Below, one piece after another: positions 1 through 9,131 of a stretch of DNA of 64,000 nucleotides. The DNA lies in IMG/VR virus record IMGVR_UViG_3300017909_004140, positions 32,001 to 96,000 of that record. One strand, 5' to 3'. Below the pieces are notes generated by a model. The model worked only from the letters and a program-made list of their open reading frames with translations. It was not told where the DNA came from and ran no database searches. This DNA is from a virus (taxonomy: Duplodnaviria; Caudoviricetes). The position numbers and the translations under genes were made by a program. Numbering within the stretch: the stretch's first letter is position 1; every line of letters begins with the position of its first letter.

Positions 1-557
1 ACATTATGCATGATTAACTCAACAAATGCGTCTCGTGTTCCAGATGTTGTTGGAGGAATCATTATGTCAATTTTCTTGCTAGGAAGATTTGGGTTGATTT
101 GATTCCAATGCGTATACTTATTTTCTTTGAATGTCTTTGTATCTGGATCATATACTTCAGCAGCAACTGCTTTATAGATCTCTTCTTTTGTTAGATCGTA
201 TTTTACACCGTCTTTTGAATTTGAAATGGTAATACCATCATAACCAATAAGATATTCGATAGGCTCAATACCTTTTTCAGCACACATAGCAACTTCTTTT
301 TCTTTGATTGCTCTCGATGCGTTTGTAATATCTGGAGTATTAGTTCCAATACCGGCACAGAACATTTTAAGTCCACCACCTGAACCAGTAGACTCAATCA
401 CAGGCGTTTTGAATCCTGATTTTTGTCCAAAAATTTCAGCTACAACTGTAGCAAAAGGAAATACTGTAGAAGAACCTACAATTGAAAGCTGATCTCTAGC
501 ATATGCATTAGTTGAAATAACCATACTTAGAAGTATAGGTAAAATATATTGTTTCAT
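1..557 (-). CDS. pstS: Phosphate ABC transporter substrate-binding protein PstS (runs off the window edge; absent from the ORF track)
   Basis: Manual translation from ATG 557: MKQYILPILLSMVISTNAYARDQLSIVGSSTVFPFATVVAEIFG...ESTGSGGGLKMFCAG...DITNASR...GYDGI...PPTTSGTRDAFVELIM. Signal peptide plus PstS motifs GSSTV, TGSGGG and SGTR. Confidence 0.92.
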   Translation of the reverse strand, partial: MKQYILPILLSMVISTNAYARDQLSIVGSSTVFPFATVVAEIFGQKSGFKTPVIESTGSGGGLKMFCAGIGTNTPDITNASRAIKEKEVAMCAEKGIEPIEYLIGYDGITISNSKDGVKYDLTKEEIYKAVAAEVYDPDTKTFKENKYTHWNQINPNLPSKKIDIMIPPTTSGTRDAFVELIMHN

Positions 558-577
558 CTTATTCTCCGTCTGATAAG

Positions 578-611
578 TAAAAAATAGCTGGATGCTGTGT
601 CCAACTATTTT
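578..611 (-). terminator. Hairpin flanked by A/T runs in the pstS leader (terminator or 5' stabilising stem)
   Basis: AAAATAGCTGGA-tgctgtg-TCCAACTATTTT inverted repeat. Confidence 0.45.
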
Positions 612-619
612 ATATGTGT

Positions 620-653
620 ATTATACTACAAAAATGTTACAATTTTATTACAT
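620..653 (-). promoter_or_regulatory. Pho box plus -10 element upstream of pstS
   Basis: Minus strand ATGTAATAAAA-TTGTAACATTT-TTGTAGTATAAT. TGTAAT, TGTAAC and TGTAGT repeat at 11-bp spacing; the second half-site ends 10 nt before TATAAT (625-620). Confidence 0.75.
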
Positions 654-675
654 TTTATATTTAAGTGATTTGGTA

Positions 676-906
676 CTATAACCCTTTTCCACAGTGAGGA
701 CAGTTAGTTAGTTTTCCCATCTGTTTTTCCATTTTTCTCAATAGATCGCGCATTCTTTTAGCATCTTTTATTTCGCTTTTTATCCATTCTTTTCTTCTAT
801 CACTTTTAGCAAGCTTGAGTTCTTCTTTTAGTCTGTCTTTTTGTTTGCTTAGTTTTGTTTTAAACACTTCATAAAAAGCTGTATTCATTACTTCATGTTC
901 TGACAC
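676..906 (-). CDS. Hypothetical coiled-coil protein with C-terminal CPHC
   Basis: ORF track; GGAG SD upstream. Confidence 0.6.
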   Translation of the reverse strand: MSEHEVMNTAFYEVFKTKLSKQKDRLKEELKLAKSDRRKEWIKSEIKDAKRMRDLLRKMEKQMGKLTNCPHCGKGL

Positions 907-915
907 TGACGTCTC

Positions 916-1221
916 CTAGTGTATCGTTAAATCTTCTTCACTATAATAGGCATCTTGCACCATATTTCGTACTATACCTCCGTTTGCGTACACTAGTGTA
1001 AAGTTCTCTTTCAAAAACTCATTGTTTCTGTATAACTTTTCTAGTAAGACGCTTGACTCAAGAGCTTTTATTGTTTTGTTTAATATATCTTCATTTTGAG
1101 AAGCGCTTGGATAATGTTTTGTAACCACTTCTTTTAGATACATCTTTCTTTGTCTAGGAGGCAAAGAAATGATATAATCTAGAGCAGCTTCTGGTAATTC
1201 CCATAGTTTCATGATGCACAA
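916..1221 (-). CDS. Hypothetical protein
   Basis: ORF track; co-oriented with neighbours. Confidence 0.55.
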   Translation of the reverse strand: MCIMKLWELPEAALDYIISLPPRQRKMYLKEVVTKHYPSASQNEDILNKTIKALESSVLLEKLYRNNEFLKENFTLVYANGGIVRNMVQDAYYSEEDLTIH

Positions 1222-1250
1222 ATAGGCAGAGGGATTTCACCTCTGCCTTA
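1221..1250 (-). terminator. Intrinsic terminator after the D5-like gene
   Basis: AGGCAGAGG-gatttca-CCTCTGCCT perfect 9-bp stem. Confidence 0.7.
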
Positions 1251-1277
1251 TCAAGTTTAAATTAAACTACTAAGCAA

Positions 1278-1961
1278 TTAGCCTTCGTTTGCTTTAGGAG
1301 TATAGTCTGCGCAGGAAAGACCACGACGAGTAAGAACAGTCTTAACGCCACGCACAGTCTTGCCAAAGGCTTCTGCGATTTCTTCTACAGACTGGTCGAG
1401 CATATCCTCGATTCCGTCATACGGATCAGACTTAGAAGACTTCTTGTCACGCTGTTCAGCTTTAAGACCCATCGAGAGAAGCTTACCACGTACTGAGTTA
1501 ACAGGACGTCCAAGAGCTTCTGCAATCTCTTCAAGATACTTACCATCGTTGACAAGCGATTCGATTTCAGCTTCTTGCTCAGCACTGAAAGTCTTAGGAG
1601 TTACCTTCTTTTCAGCTGGCTTGATATGAGAAGTCATTTCAAGCGAGAGAGCTTTACCGTTGATTTGGCGAGCGGTGAACTTGCCATCAGCAAACACATC
1701 TGCAATTTCTTCAGCAGTGTGTGCGCCAGAGTTTTCTTCCAAAAATGCCGCAAGAGCATCAGTCTCGTCTGCAGAAAATACAGGAGCTGCGCCAGGCTTT
1801 TTAGGAACGTCAAAACCGAGTTTACGAAGTTTAGCAGTTACTGAACGACGTGGAAACTCGAACTCGCCGCAAAGTGTTTCGATGATGTCTTCTGTTACAC
1901 CAGAAGCACAGGCTGATTCCATACGCGAAACCATTTCATCAGTATATTCAAATTTACTCAT
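1278..1961 (-). CDS. T5 D5-like DNA-binding protein with tandem HTH-like repeats
   Basis: Repeated units RSVTAKLRKLG / RQINGKALSLEM / NSVRGKLLSMG / RGVKTVLTRRG; lies directly after the NAD ligase, as in T5-like phages. Confidence 0.7.
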   Translation of the reverse strand: MSKFEYTDEMVSRMESACASGVTEDIIETLCGEFEFPRRSVTAKLRKLGFDVPKKPGAAPVFSADETDALAAFLEENSGAHTAEEIADVFADGKFTARQINGKALSLEMTSHIKPAEKKVTPKTFSAEQEAEIESLVNDGKYLEEIAEALGRPVNSVRGKLLSMGLKAEQRDKKSSKSDPYDGIEDMLDQSVEEIAEAFGKTVRGVKTVLTRRGLSCADYTPKANEG

Positions 1962-2097
1962 TTTTTCCCTCTTGTTTTAAAGTTTGGTTGTTTGGTTTTT
2001 TGATTGAAGTTGAAAACTCTTTTCTCAACTTTATGAATTGATTATAACAAAAGAAATCAGCGATAACCAAGTAAAAAGTTAAAGTACTTGCTTGTTG

Positions 2098-3852
2098 TTA
2101 AACAATTCCTTTTAGAATCTCTGCACGATTATTCCAGTAATTAATAATTTTTATGCCTAGAGATTCAGCACGCTTTGCTTTAGAAGATGATGGATTATCA
2201 TCACCACTAATTAAAGCTACACAGTCTTTAGTTACAGTATTAGTCACTTGATACCCAAACTTCGCAAGATGATCTGAAATTTGATTACGAGTCATGTCAA
2301 GTTTTCCTGTAACACAGACTTTTCTACTAGTAGTTGCATTCATCACAGCTTCTACACTGAGATCTTGCTTTAGCTGAACAGGCAGTGTTTCTACCCACTC
2401 TTCATTCACCTCAAGCCAAGTTAAAATGCTTTCTACAGTTTTTGGACCAACGCCAGCGATTGTTTGATACTCAATCTCTCTAAGCTGAGAAAACTGAGGC
2501 AGTACTTCAACAATATCACGAGACATTGATCGACCTACTCCTGGAATACCAAGAGCAGCTAGTACTTGAGCATAAGGCTTAGTTCTAGAACGATCAAGTT
2601 CGCTTTCGATCTTAGAACCGTTCGCACCAAGAGTATGCCAAGGTTGGGGTGTATACAAGTCTACTGGATGGGTTAGTCCCATCTTCTTGATTGAGGCAGG
2701 TCCAAGACCTTTGATTTCCATAGTTCTGATAAAGTGTTCAAGCAGTTTTACTGTTGAGCGCTTTGAATCATCATCACAGAACAGTTTTGGACCTTGCCTA
2801 CGCAAAGAGGTTCCAATCGCTTGTTCAGCATGAAACTTATCTATGCGTTGTGAGCTAGGATGCTTTTCTAACACTTGAATAAACTTAGGGATAACTCCCC
2901 CAGAGCGTTCAATCTGTATTAAATCGCCAACACCTAGTTCATGATTCTCAATAAATTCTAAATTGTGTAGAGTAACACGGGAAATTTGTGCGCCATCAAT
3001 GTCTACAGGATCAACATGACCTACAGGATTGACTGCACCAGTGCGACCGATTACCCACTCTACTGATTGTAGTCGAGTAACGGCAAGTAAGGCTCCCCTC
3101 TCTTTTAGAGCGATTGCAAAACGTGGATACTTTGAAGTGTACCCAAGACGCTCACACTCTTTCCATGAATCTATTCTATATACTACACCATCTTGAGGAT
3201 ATTGTCCACACAAATCTTCTTCAAAAATAGTTGAGAAGCCTGCGTTTTTTACGATTGACATTCGTGCGCGATAGTTATTTCGCACTCCAAGATAGTCGTG
3301 TGCAATAAAACGAATGTTTCTGTCAGCAAACTCATTAGCCTCTTTTAGGCCGAGTGCGCCAGAAACATAGTTACGAAAATTCTCTACCTCATTGTCAGTG
3401 ACACACTCACCAACAATTACGGCATCTGAAATGCTTATGTTTTGAGGAACGCCATGACAGTGACGCATTAGGTGAGTAACATCTTCACCATACTCGCCAT
3501 TACCGCGAGTAAGTGCTAAATCAAGTTTTCCTTCTCGATAAATAAGTGAAAGATTAGTTCCGTCAAGCTTAGGAACTCTAACATCATACTCAGTACCAAT
3601 CTCTGCGCGATCATAACTTTTCTGAAGCGAGTATAGCTTAAATGGGTGACGGACCTTCCCAGCTTCGCCTCCCACATGAAGGGTAGGAGAATCGCTATCT
3701 TTCCAGCCTTGACGAGATTCGATAGCACGCAACTGGTCATACAGAGCGTCCCACTCTTCATCAGAAACTGTTGGTCTAGCCAAGTCATAATATTCATGTG
3801 AAAGTTTTTTAACAAGTTGTTTTAGTTCTGTATAGTCCATGCTTTTCCTCAC
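2098..3852 (-). CDS. ligA: NAD+-dependent DNA ligase
   Basis: YY..PTVSDEEWD domain Ia, KLDG adenylation motif, TRGNG..GEDVT, GRTG, TLHN, HhH repeats, C-terminal BRCT (VCVTGKL...SSKAKRA). Confidence 0.95.
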   Translation of the reverse strand: MRKSMDYTELKQLVKKLSHEYYDLARPTVSDEEWDALYDQLRAIESRQGWKDSDSPTLHVGGEAGKVRHPFKLYSLQKSYDRAEIGTEYDVRVPKLDGTNLSLIYREGKLDLALTRGNGEYGEDVTHLMRHCHGVPQNISISDAVIVGECVTDNEVENFRNYVSGALGLKEANEFADRNIRFIAHDYLGVRNNYRARMSIVKNAGFSTIFEEDLCGQYPQDGVVYRIDSWKECERLGYTSKYPRFAIALKERGALLAVTRLQSVEWVIGRTGAVNPVGHVDPVDIDGAQISRVTLHNLEFIENHELGVGDLIQIERSGGVIPKFIQVLEKHPSSQRIDKFHAEQAIGTSLRRQGPKLFCDDDSKRSTVKLLEHFIRTMEIKGLGPASIKKMGLTHPVDLYTPQPWHTLGANGSKIESELDRSRTKPYAQVLAALGIPGVGRSMSRDIVEVLPQFSQLREIEYQTIAGVGPKTVESILTWLEVNEEWVETLPVQLKQDLSVEAVMNATTSRKVCVTGKLDMTRNQISDHLAKFGYQVTNTVTKDCVALISGDDNPSSSKAKRAESLGIKIINYWNNRAEILKGIV

Positions 3853-3896
3853 TATCTTGAATATATAGTATCATATCAAGGAGGATAAAGCAATGA

Positions 3897-4217
3897 CTAA
3901 GCTTCTTTTTCTGCTAGCTTACGTTCTAGTGCTATAACTAAGTTTGTTAAGTTAGACTTTTTATTTAAATTTGTGCCTTCAATCTCGATATCTAGCATTG
4001 TTTCAAGATCGCGCAACATTGTTTTAACTGTTCGCGACCCTTCGCGATCTTCATCAGTAGGCTTTTCATAGATGCGTAGTTGCACCAGTTTAGAGATAAC
4101 ACTTCGATAGCCTTTACCAAAGTGTTCGCCTAGCTCGTTCACATCTTTCATGCCTTCTTCTGTATACAGTCTAATCAGTTCGCTCTCTTGTTCATCACTC
4201 CACGCTTTCACGCTCAT
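3897..4217 (-). CDS. T5 D3-like HTH DNA-binding protein
   Basis: WSDEQESELIRLY...GKGYRSVISKLVQLRIY; strong SD before ATG 4217; sits between the PC4-like gene and the ligase. Confidence 0.6.
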   Translation of the reverse strand: MSVKAWSDEQESELIRLYTEEGMKDVNELGEHFGKGYRSVISKLVQLRIYEKPTDEDREGSRTVKTMLRDLETMLDIEIEGTNLNKKSNLTNLVIALERKLAEKEA

Positions 4218-4473
4218 GTGATCCTCCTTTTCTATGTCTGCGAGCTGCATGTTCTGCAGCTTCTTCTAGTAGTTTCGTTACGGATGTTGTTTCGTCTGCA
4301 AGTAAGGCGTAGCCTTTAGACGTAGGATACCAATTTCCAGAGTCGCCGTCCATGCTATATTCACGAATGTGAACATATGCGACTCCTCGAAATTCGTTAT
4401 AGGTTACACGAATCTCATTTCCGTTCGCTTTTGCATACGCAGTTCCGAAACTTCTTTCTGTTTCGTTGTCCAT
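4195..4473 (-). CDS. PC4/Sub1-like ssDNA-binding protein
   Basis: VTYNEFRGVAYVHIREY...WYPTSKG PC4 signature. Confidence 0.85.
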   Translation of the reverse strand: MDNETERSFGTAYAKANGNEIRVTYNEFRGVAYVHIREYSMDGDSGNWYPTSKGYALLADETTSVTKLLEEAAEHAARRHRKGGSHERESVE

Positions 4474-4671
4474 GTTTTTCCCTTCTTTAGTACGGCACTA
4501 TATCAAGAGTAAAATTTTTATATTTGCGCTTAGTCAAATTTTATGTTACTTTATACTCGTATTTAATAGCGTACTTAAATTAACTAAATCGTAGATTTAA
4601 CGCAATTTAATCTAGATATCACATGGCTTTCTCTAAGTCACATCGCGTAAATCTTTATACACGGAGTGTAT

Positions 4672-5823
4672 TCAAGCAGTACGCCACCCTTGCGCCAAAA
4701 TTCTGGCAGTGGGTTCGCTCATATCAACGGAGTTGATTAACGTGGCGTAGCGTTCAATAACATTTTCCCAAGTAAATAGTTCTTTAGAATAGTCTCTTCC
4801 TGTTATATTTCTATCATAACAAGCTCTCATTTTTCCTGCTAAATCATGAATATCAGGTTCAGCAGCAATTGCGTGTCCTCCCATTGTAGTTAGAGAGTCT
4901 CCTGGTTTCATCATCATATATTTAGGATCATCTGCTTTTACTACTACTGCTTTTGGAGGAATTCTACATAAATCATCTCTTACAAACTCATCAGTAGGAC
5001 CATCTCCAGTGACTAAAGGAAAACAACCGCAAGCCATAGCTTCTTGTACATGCATACCAAATCCTTCTCCGCGATAAGGATGTACTAGTACATGACTTGA
5101 TTTGTATATTCTGCTCATGTCAATCTCACTAAGCTGATTCCCGATATATTCAATTTCTGCACAACCAGTGTCATACTGTAGTTTTACTAGTTGAGGCACA
5201 ACCTGATAATCTCCATAAACAGCTGGATTATCTTTAATAATTAACTTTGCATTATCTTCTTTTTTAAATACCTGACTCCAAATTTGAAGTAGAATGTCTA
5301 AACCTTTTCTCCACTGAGCATTTCCTACAAAAACAAAAGTGTATTTATCGTTAAGATTTTTCTTTTTAGTGTTAAAAAACTTTGTATCATAACCATTAGG
5401 AATTACTTCTACTTTATCTGGTCTGAGACCTGCTTCTTTGTAAATGTTTGCAGTCCAGGTTGAAGGCGTAATAACCTTATCTACAAAAGTTTCAAACTTA
5501 TATTGCCACTCGAAAGGTAGTTTTCTATATTCCCAAGGCTGGATTTGAAAAACTCTTGTCTTATCAGACACAGGCCATCTCCAGATCGGTGGGTAAGTAT
5601 GCCTAAGTTGAATATCTGGCTCCTCTGTCATAGATTTAGTAGTCAGTTTTTTAATTTCTTTTAGCTCTGTGCTAGAAACATTATACTGAGGATCATAACT
5701 ATCTAAAACATTTATATATACATCAATATTATCTACTTTTGATAATCCAATTGCTAGCTTTCTATTAATAATAGATAAGCTATGGTTATCAAAAAACTTT
5801 CCAATAATTTCTACTTTTTTCAT
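4672..5823 (-). CDS. GT-B (GT4-like) glycosyltransferase
   Basis: VIPNGYD, RKGLDILL, EGFGMHVQEAMACG. Confidence 0.9.
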   Translation of the reverse strand: MKKVEIIGKFFDNHSLSIINRKLAIGLSKVDNIDVYINVLDSYDPQYNVSSTELKEIKKLTTKSMTEEPDIQLRHTYPPIWRWPVSDKTRVFQIQPWEYRKLPFEWQYKFETFVDKVITPSTWTANIYKEAGLRPDKVEVIPNGYDTKFFNTKKKNLNDKYTFVFVGNAQWRKGLDILLQIWSQVFKKEDNAKLIIKDNPAVYGDYQVVPQLVKLQYDTGCAEIEYIGNQLSEIDMSRIYKSSHVLVHPYRGEGFGMHVQEAMACGCFPLVTGDGPTDEFVRDDLCRIPPKAVVVKADDPKYMMMKPGDSLTTMGGHAIAAEPDIHDLAGKMRACYDRNITGRDYSKELFTWENVIERYATLINSVDMSEPTARILAQGWRTA

Positions 5824-6656
5824 ATTGTGATCCCCTCAGCCTGTTCTACAGCTTTTCTTCTAAATTCTTGTTTATCTATGGCAGTAAGTCTTGCCCATTG
5901 TGCAGGATCTCCAAGTCCTGATGTTTTAAAGTTTTTCAATTCAGCATAATTTTGTGGATTAATTCGTAACCAGATGTCATAAAAAGGATCTTTCTCTACT
6001 AAATCTGCATGTCCAATATTATTAATTTTTTGATGTAAATCTTTATCTTTTCTACAAATGCTCCAGTGCAATATCGCTAAAGGTGTTTTTAACAATTTTT
6101 TATTACTTTGAGCATTATTTGTCCATCTTGCATATACAAACTCATGGTTACTCCAGTTTGCAAAACCCTGTGTTTCGTTTAAATCCCAATTTCCATGATC
6201 ATCAGTAATCATTAAATAAACATCTTCAAACTCTTTATAAGGTAAAAACCAGTTAAAAGCTAAATCATAATCTTTGTAATACGGCTCCACTATCGGTAAG
6301 TAGTTTTCAAAAAAATGATTTGCGTTAATTAGTTCTTCATCTGCATCAAAACTGAAAATCCAATCATGAGTGCATTGTTTCTTTAAAAAGTTTCTTTCAT
6401 AGTTATCGTTATCTATAAACACATTTGAAACACAAAAGTCATCTTCGATGATTGTAATTTTATTATCTCCATCAATATTAGATAATTGTCTATACAGATC
6501 TTGTTCATCAAACTTAAATGTATTTCCTGCCCAGGTTTTTCTGTTTTTATCTAGTCCTAGAATAATTTCATCTACATAGGCATAATATGACATGATACTT
6601 GCAGGTAAGTACTCTGCATCATAACTAATTAGACTAATCGCTGACTTCTTTTGCAT
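5820..6656 (-). CDS. GT-A (GT2-like) glycosyltransferase
   Basis: YVDEII, RNFL...DWIFSFDADE (DxD motif). Confidence 0.75.
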   Translation of the reverse strand: MQKKSAISLISYDAEYLPASIMSYYAYVDEIILGLDKNRKTWAGNTFKFDEQDLYRQLSNIDGDNKITIIEDDFCVSNVFIDNDNYERNFLKKQCTHDWIFSFDADEELINANHFFENYLPIVEPYYKDYDLAFNWFLPYKEFEDVYLMITDDHGNWDLNETQGFANWSNHEFVYARWTNNAQSNKKLLKTPLAILHWSICRKDKDLHQKINNIGHADLVEKDPFYDIWLRINPQNYAELKNFKTSGLGDPAQWARLTAIDKQEFRRKAVEQAEGITI

Positions 6657-6879
6657 TTTTTATTCCTTTATAAATTCCTGTTACTATTGCCTCTAAAATA
6701 ATCATTGGAAGCAGTGTTAAAAACAGTAGTACTCCAAATACTACAATAAAAACTGTTGTTACTGCTACAAATACTTTTTCGAAAACTAGAGAAGTGTATG
6801 TATGTGAGATTTTATTATCTACATCATGTTTTTTCAACATTTCTTCTAGTTGTTCATAATTTACTAACTTTGAGTTCAT
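6634..6879 (-). CDS. Small membrane protein
   Basis: Long hydrophobic C-terminal stretch; start overlaps the upstream stop. Confidence 0.55.
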   Translation of the reverse strand: MNSKLVNYEQLEEMLKKHDVDNKISHTYTSLVFEKVFVAVTTVFIVVFGVLLFLTLLPMIILEAIVTGIYKGIKNAKEVSD

Positions 6880-7613
6880 TCTTTTACCGTTACGTCTAGT
6901 GTTGAAAATAGAGGACTGTCTTTCCATTTATCTTGTAAAATGTTTAGATTATAAGCCTCTGCCTCTACTATTTCTTGTGTTCTAATTCTTTTTACATCTT
7001 TGCTTTGAAAGTGAAACATTGGAATAGGAACTTGGTAAATTTTCCAACCTGCTTTACGCACCTCTAAGCAATAATCAACATCTCTGTTATAGCTCCATTT
7101 ATATCTTGGATCAAAGTCTCCTACCTGATCTAAGACTTCTCTTCTAATATAGATGCCTCCAAAAGTATACCAAGCAACTTCTCTTACTTTATCATATTGA
7201 CCTATATCATACTCTAGTTTTTTAAAATTTTGATTTGTAAATAGTTCTAGTCCTGATCCATAATGATCAGGTTTTCCTTCTTTTGTAAACTTACCTCCAG
7301 CGCACTCGACCGCATATCCTTTGCTAAACTTTTTTGGATATAAGAGTTTTAATCCTAATATGCCTGCCTCTGGATACTGCTCTACATATTCTAATATTTG
7401 TTCATCCCAATTTTCTGCATCTTCATGAGTACTCATATCAGAGTGCATTATAAATACATCTGTATCACAAGAATTCCACAGTCTTTGATACATTAAATCT
7501 GGTCCTAGCTTACTAGTATCTTTTTCTAGTAGTGCAGGCACTCCCCAAGGTAAGTTTTGCTTAAACTCTGATATCTCTTCTTCAAATACATACGGGGTAA
7601 TAATAGTAAACAT
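6876..7613 (-). CDS. GT2-family glycosyltransferase
   Basis: IRREVLDQVGDFD...DVDYCLEVRKAGWKI. Confidence 0.85.
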   Translation of the reverse strand: MFTIITPYVFEEEISEFKQNLPWGVPALLEKDTSKLGPDLMYQRLWNSCDTDVFIMHSDMSTHEDAENWDEQILEYVEQYPEAGILGLKLLYPKKFSKGYAVECAGGKFTKEGKPDHYGSGLELFTNQNFKKLEYDIGQYDKVREVAWYTFGGIYIRREVLDQVGDFDPRYKWSYNRDVDYCLEVRKAGWKIYQVPIPMFHFQSKDVKRIRTQEIVEAEAYNLNILQDKWKDSPLFSTLDVTVKE

Positions 7614-7756
7614 TATATTTTTTCTAACTCTTCTATTCTAGCTTTTAACCATTCAATAACAATTTTTCTGTTTTTAGTAGGGTGAATATGGGCTTCTAAA
7701 GCATAAAGCTCTTCTTTAAGAATATATAGTACTGCCCAATCTCTACTTGATTTCAT
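7613..7756 (-). CDS. 47-aa hypothetical protein (not in ORF track)
   Basis: MKSSRDWAVLYILKEELYALEAHIHPTKNRKIVIEWLKARIEELEKI; fills the gap exactly with TAATG overlaps at both ends. Confidence 0.6.
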   Translation of the reverse strand: MKSSRDWAVLYILKEELYALEAHIHPTKNRKIVIEWLKARIEELEKI

Positions 7757-8148
7757 TAGTAACTCCTGTGTTGTTTATGCTCAAAAAGTTTACTATCAGT
7801 ATATTTATTAATTAGTTTCTTTAGTCTAGCCCTTTCATCGTTTATAATGTATACACACCGAGATAATTCCACAAACTCTTCTCCAAAATCTTTTTCTTGT
7901 TCGTGCTCTCGTTTTTTATCTTCTACTTCCCATATTTCTGAATTTAAAGTAAACAACATTCTATAATAAATCCAAACATGAGGTATTGACCACCAGTCTT
8001 GGTTTTCTACTATTTCTAAAAGAAGATCTATTTCCTCTTCTACTTCTGAGATACCGTTTTGCTGTTTTACTTCTAAGATGGAGAGTTTATCAAGTAGTTC
8101 TCCGTTTGATACTGGTACTTCAATCATTAAAACCTCTTTTCTGTCCAT
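7756..8148 (-). CDS. DUF6165-like protein of glycosyltransferase clusters
   Basis: PVSNGELLDKLSILEVK...LNSEIWEVED...VYIINDERARLK. Confidence 0.75.
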   Translation of the reverse strand: MDRKEVLMIEVPVSNGELLDKLSILEVKQQNGISEVEEEIDLLLEIVENQDWWSIPHVWIYYRMLFTLNSEIWEVEDKKREHEQEKDFGEEFVELSRCVYIINDERARLKKLINKYTDSKLFEHKQHRSY

Positions 8149-9131
8149 GTTTTAGGAGTTTTATTATTAACAATCTCTAAGGGGAGATGGTATTTAAAAG
8201 GTTTAGTTCCTTTTTTTCTAATCCAGTCTGCAGTTAGCTTAACTGCTTCTTCTACTGTTGTTGTTGTTTTGTACCCTAATAACTTTCTTGCTTTATCAGA
8301 AGAACAAGTAGCATGCTTTACTTCTTGTGGTCTTCCTTGTGTATAGTATATGGGATCTTGATTTATTCCAGTCTCGTTAGCGCATAAGTTTGCTAATTCA
8401 GCTATAGTAATTTCTTCTTCATCAGGCCCAATATTAATAGTTTCATATACTATATTTTCCTGGGTTCCCATTTTTTCTAAGCACTGAACACAGTCAGAAA
8501 CATAAGAAAAACATCTAGTTTGATTACCGTCGCCATATATAATTGAAGGCTTTCCTTGTAGATTTCTATTTAACATAATACTCATTACATTTCTAAAAGG
8601 GTCATCGTACTTTTGGTACTCTCCTACTATGTTATGAGGCACTGCGATGTTCCATTCTATATTATGCACCTTACTTAAAACTTTTAGTACTTCTTCTGCT
8701 GCTACTTTAGCAATTCCGTAAGGATCGACTGGAGCAGGGCTCATATCTTCGTTAAAAGGAGGTTTTTGCTCTCCATAACGAGCCATAGAGGTACAAAAAA
8801 CAATTCTTTTTACTCCTGCAGCAATGGCAGCTGAAAAAGTAGTAACTGATGCTTCAAAAATATTACGGGTAATAAATGCAGGAGAAAATACTGATAGTCC
8901 TTCATGCGCTGTAGCAGCACAGTGATAAACTAGATCACAGCCTTTCATTGCTTTTTTCATGGCTTCAAAATCACAACAGTCGCACAAAGTAAAGTCAACA
9001 AAAGAAGGCACGTTATCCTCTTCTCCTCCAATAAAAGTATCATTTCCTGCTACATCAAAACCAAGTTCATGCATTCTGACAGCGATATGATGTCCTAAAA
9101 ATCCTCCGACTCCGGTTATAAATACCTTCAT
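8127..9131 (-). CDS. NAD-dependent nucleotide-sugar epimerase/dehydratase
   Basis: TGVGGFLG Rossmann motif; YGIAK catalytic YxxxK. Confidence 0.92.
   Translation of the reverse strand: MKVFITGVGGFLGHHIAVRMHELGFDVAGNDTFIGGEEDNVPSFVDFTLCDCCDFEAMKKAMKGCDLVYHCAATAHEGLSVFSPAFITRNIFEASVTTFSAAIAAGVKRIVFCTSMARYGEQKPPFNEDMSPAPVDPYGIAKVAAEEVLKVLSKVHNIEWNIAVPHNIVGEYQKYDDPFRNVMSIMLNRNLQGKPSIIYGDGNQTRCFSYVSDCVQCLEKMGTQENIVYETINIGPDEEEITIAELANLCANETGINQDPIYYTQGRPQEVKHATCSSDKARKLLGYKTTTTVEEAVKLTADWIRKKGTKPFKYHLPLEIVNNKTPKTWTEKRF

Noticed and set aside
203-492. ORF-track entries 203..397(-) and 304..492(+)
   Set aside because: Both are off-frame or antisense shadows of pstS (<1..557).
4623-4736. 37-codon plus-strand ORF downstream of the promoter-like element
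   Set aside because: No SD, overlaps the glycosyltransferase 3' end, no recognisable motif.
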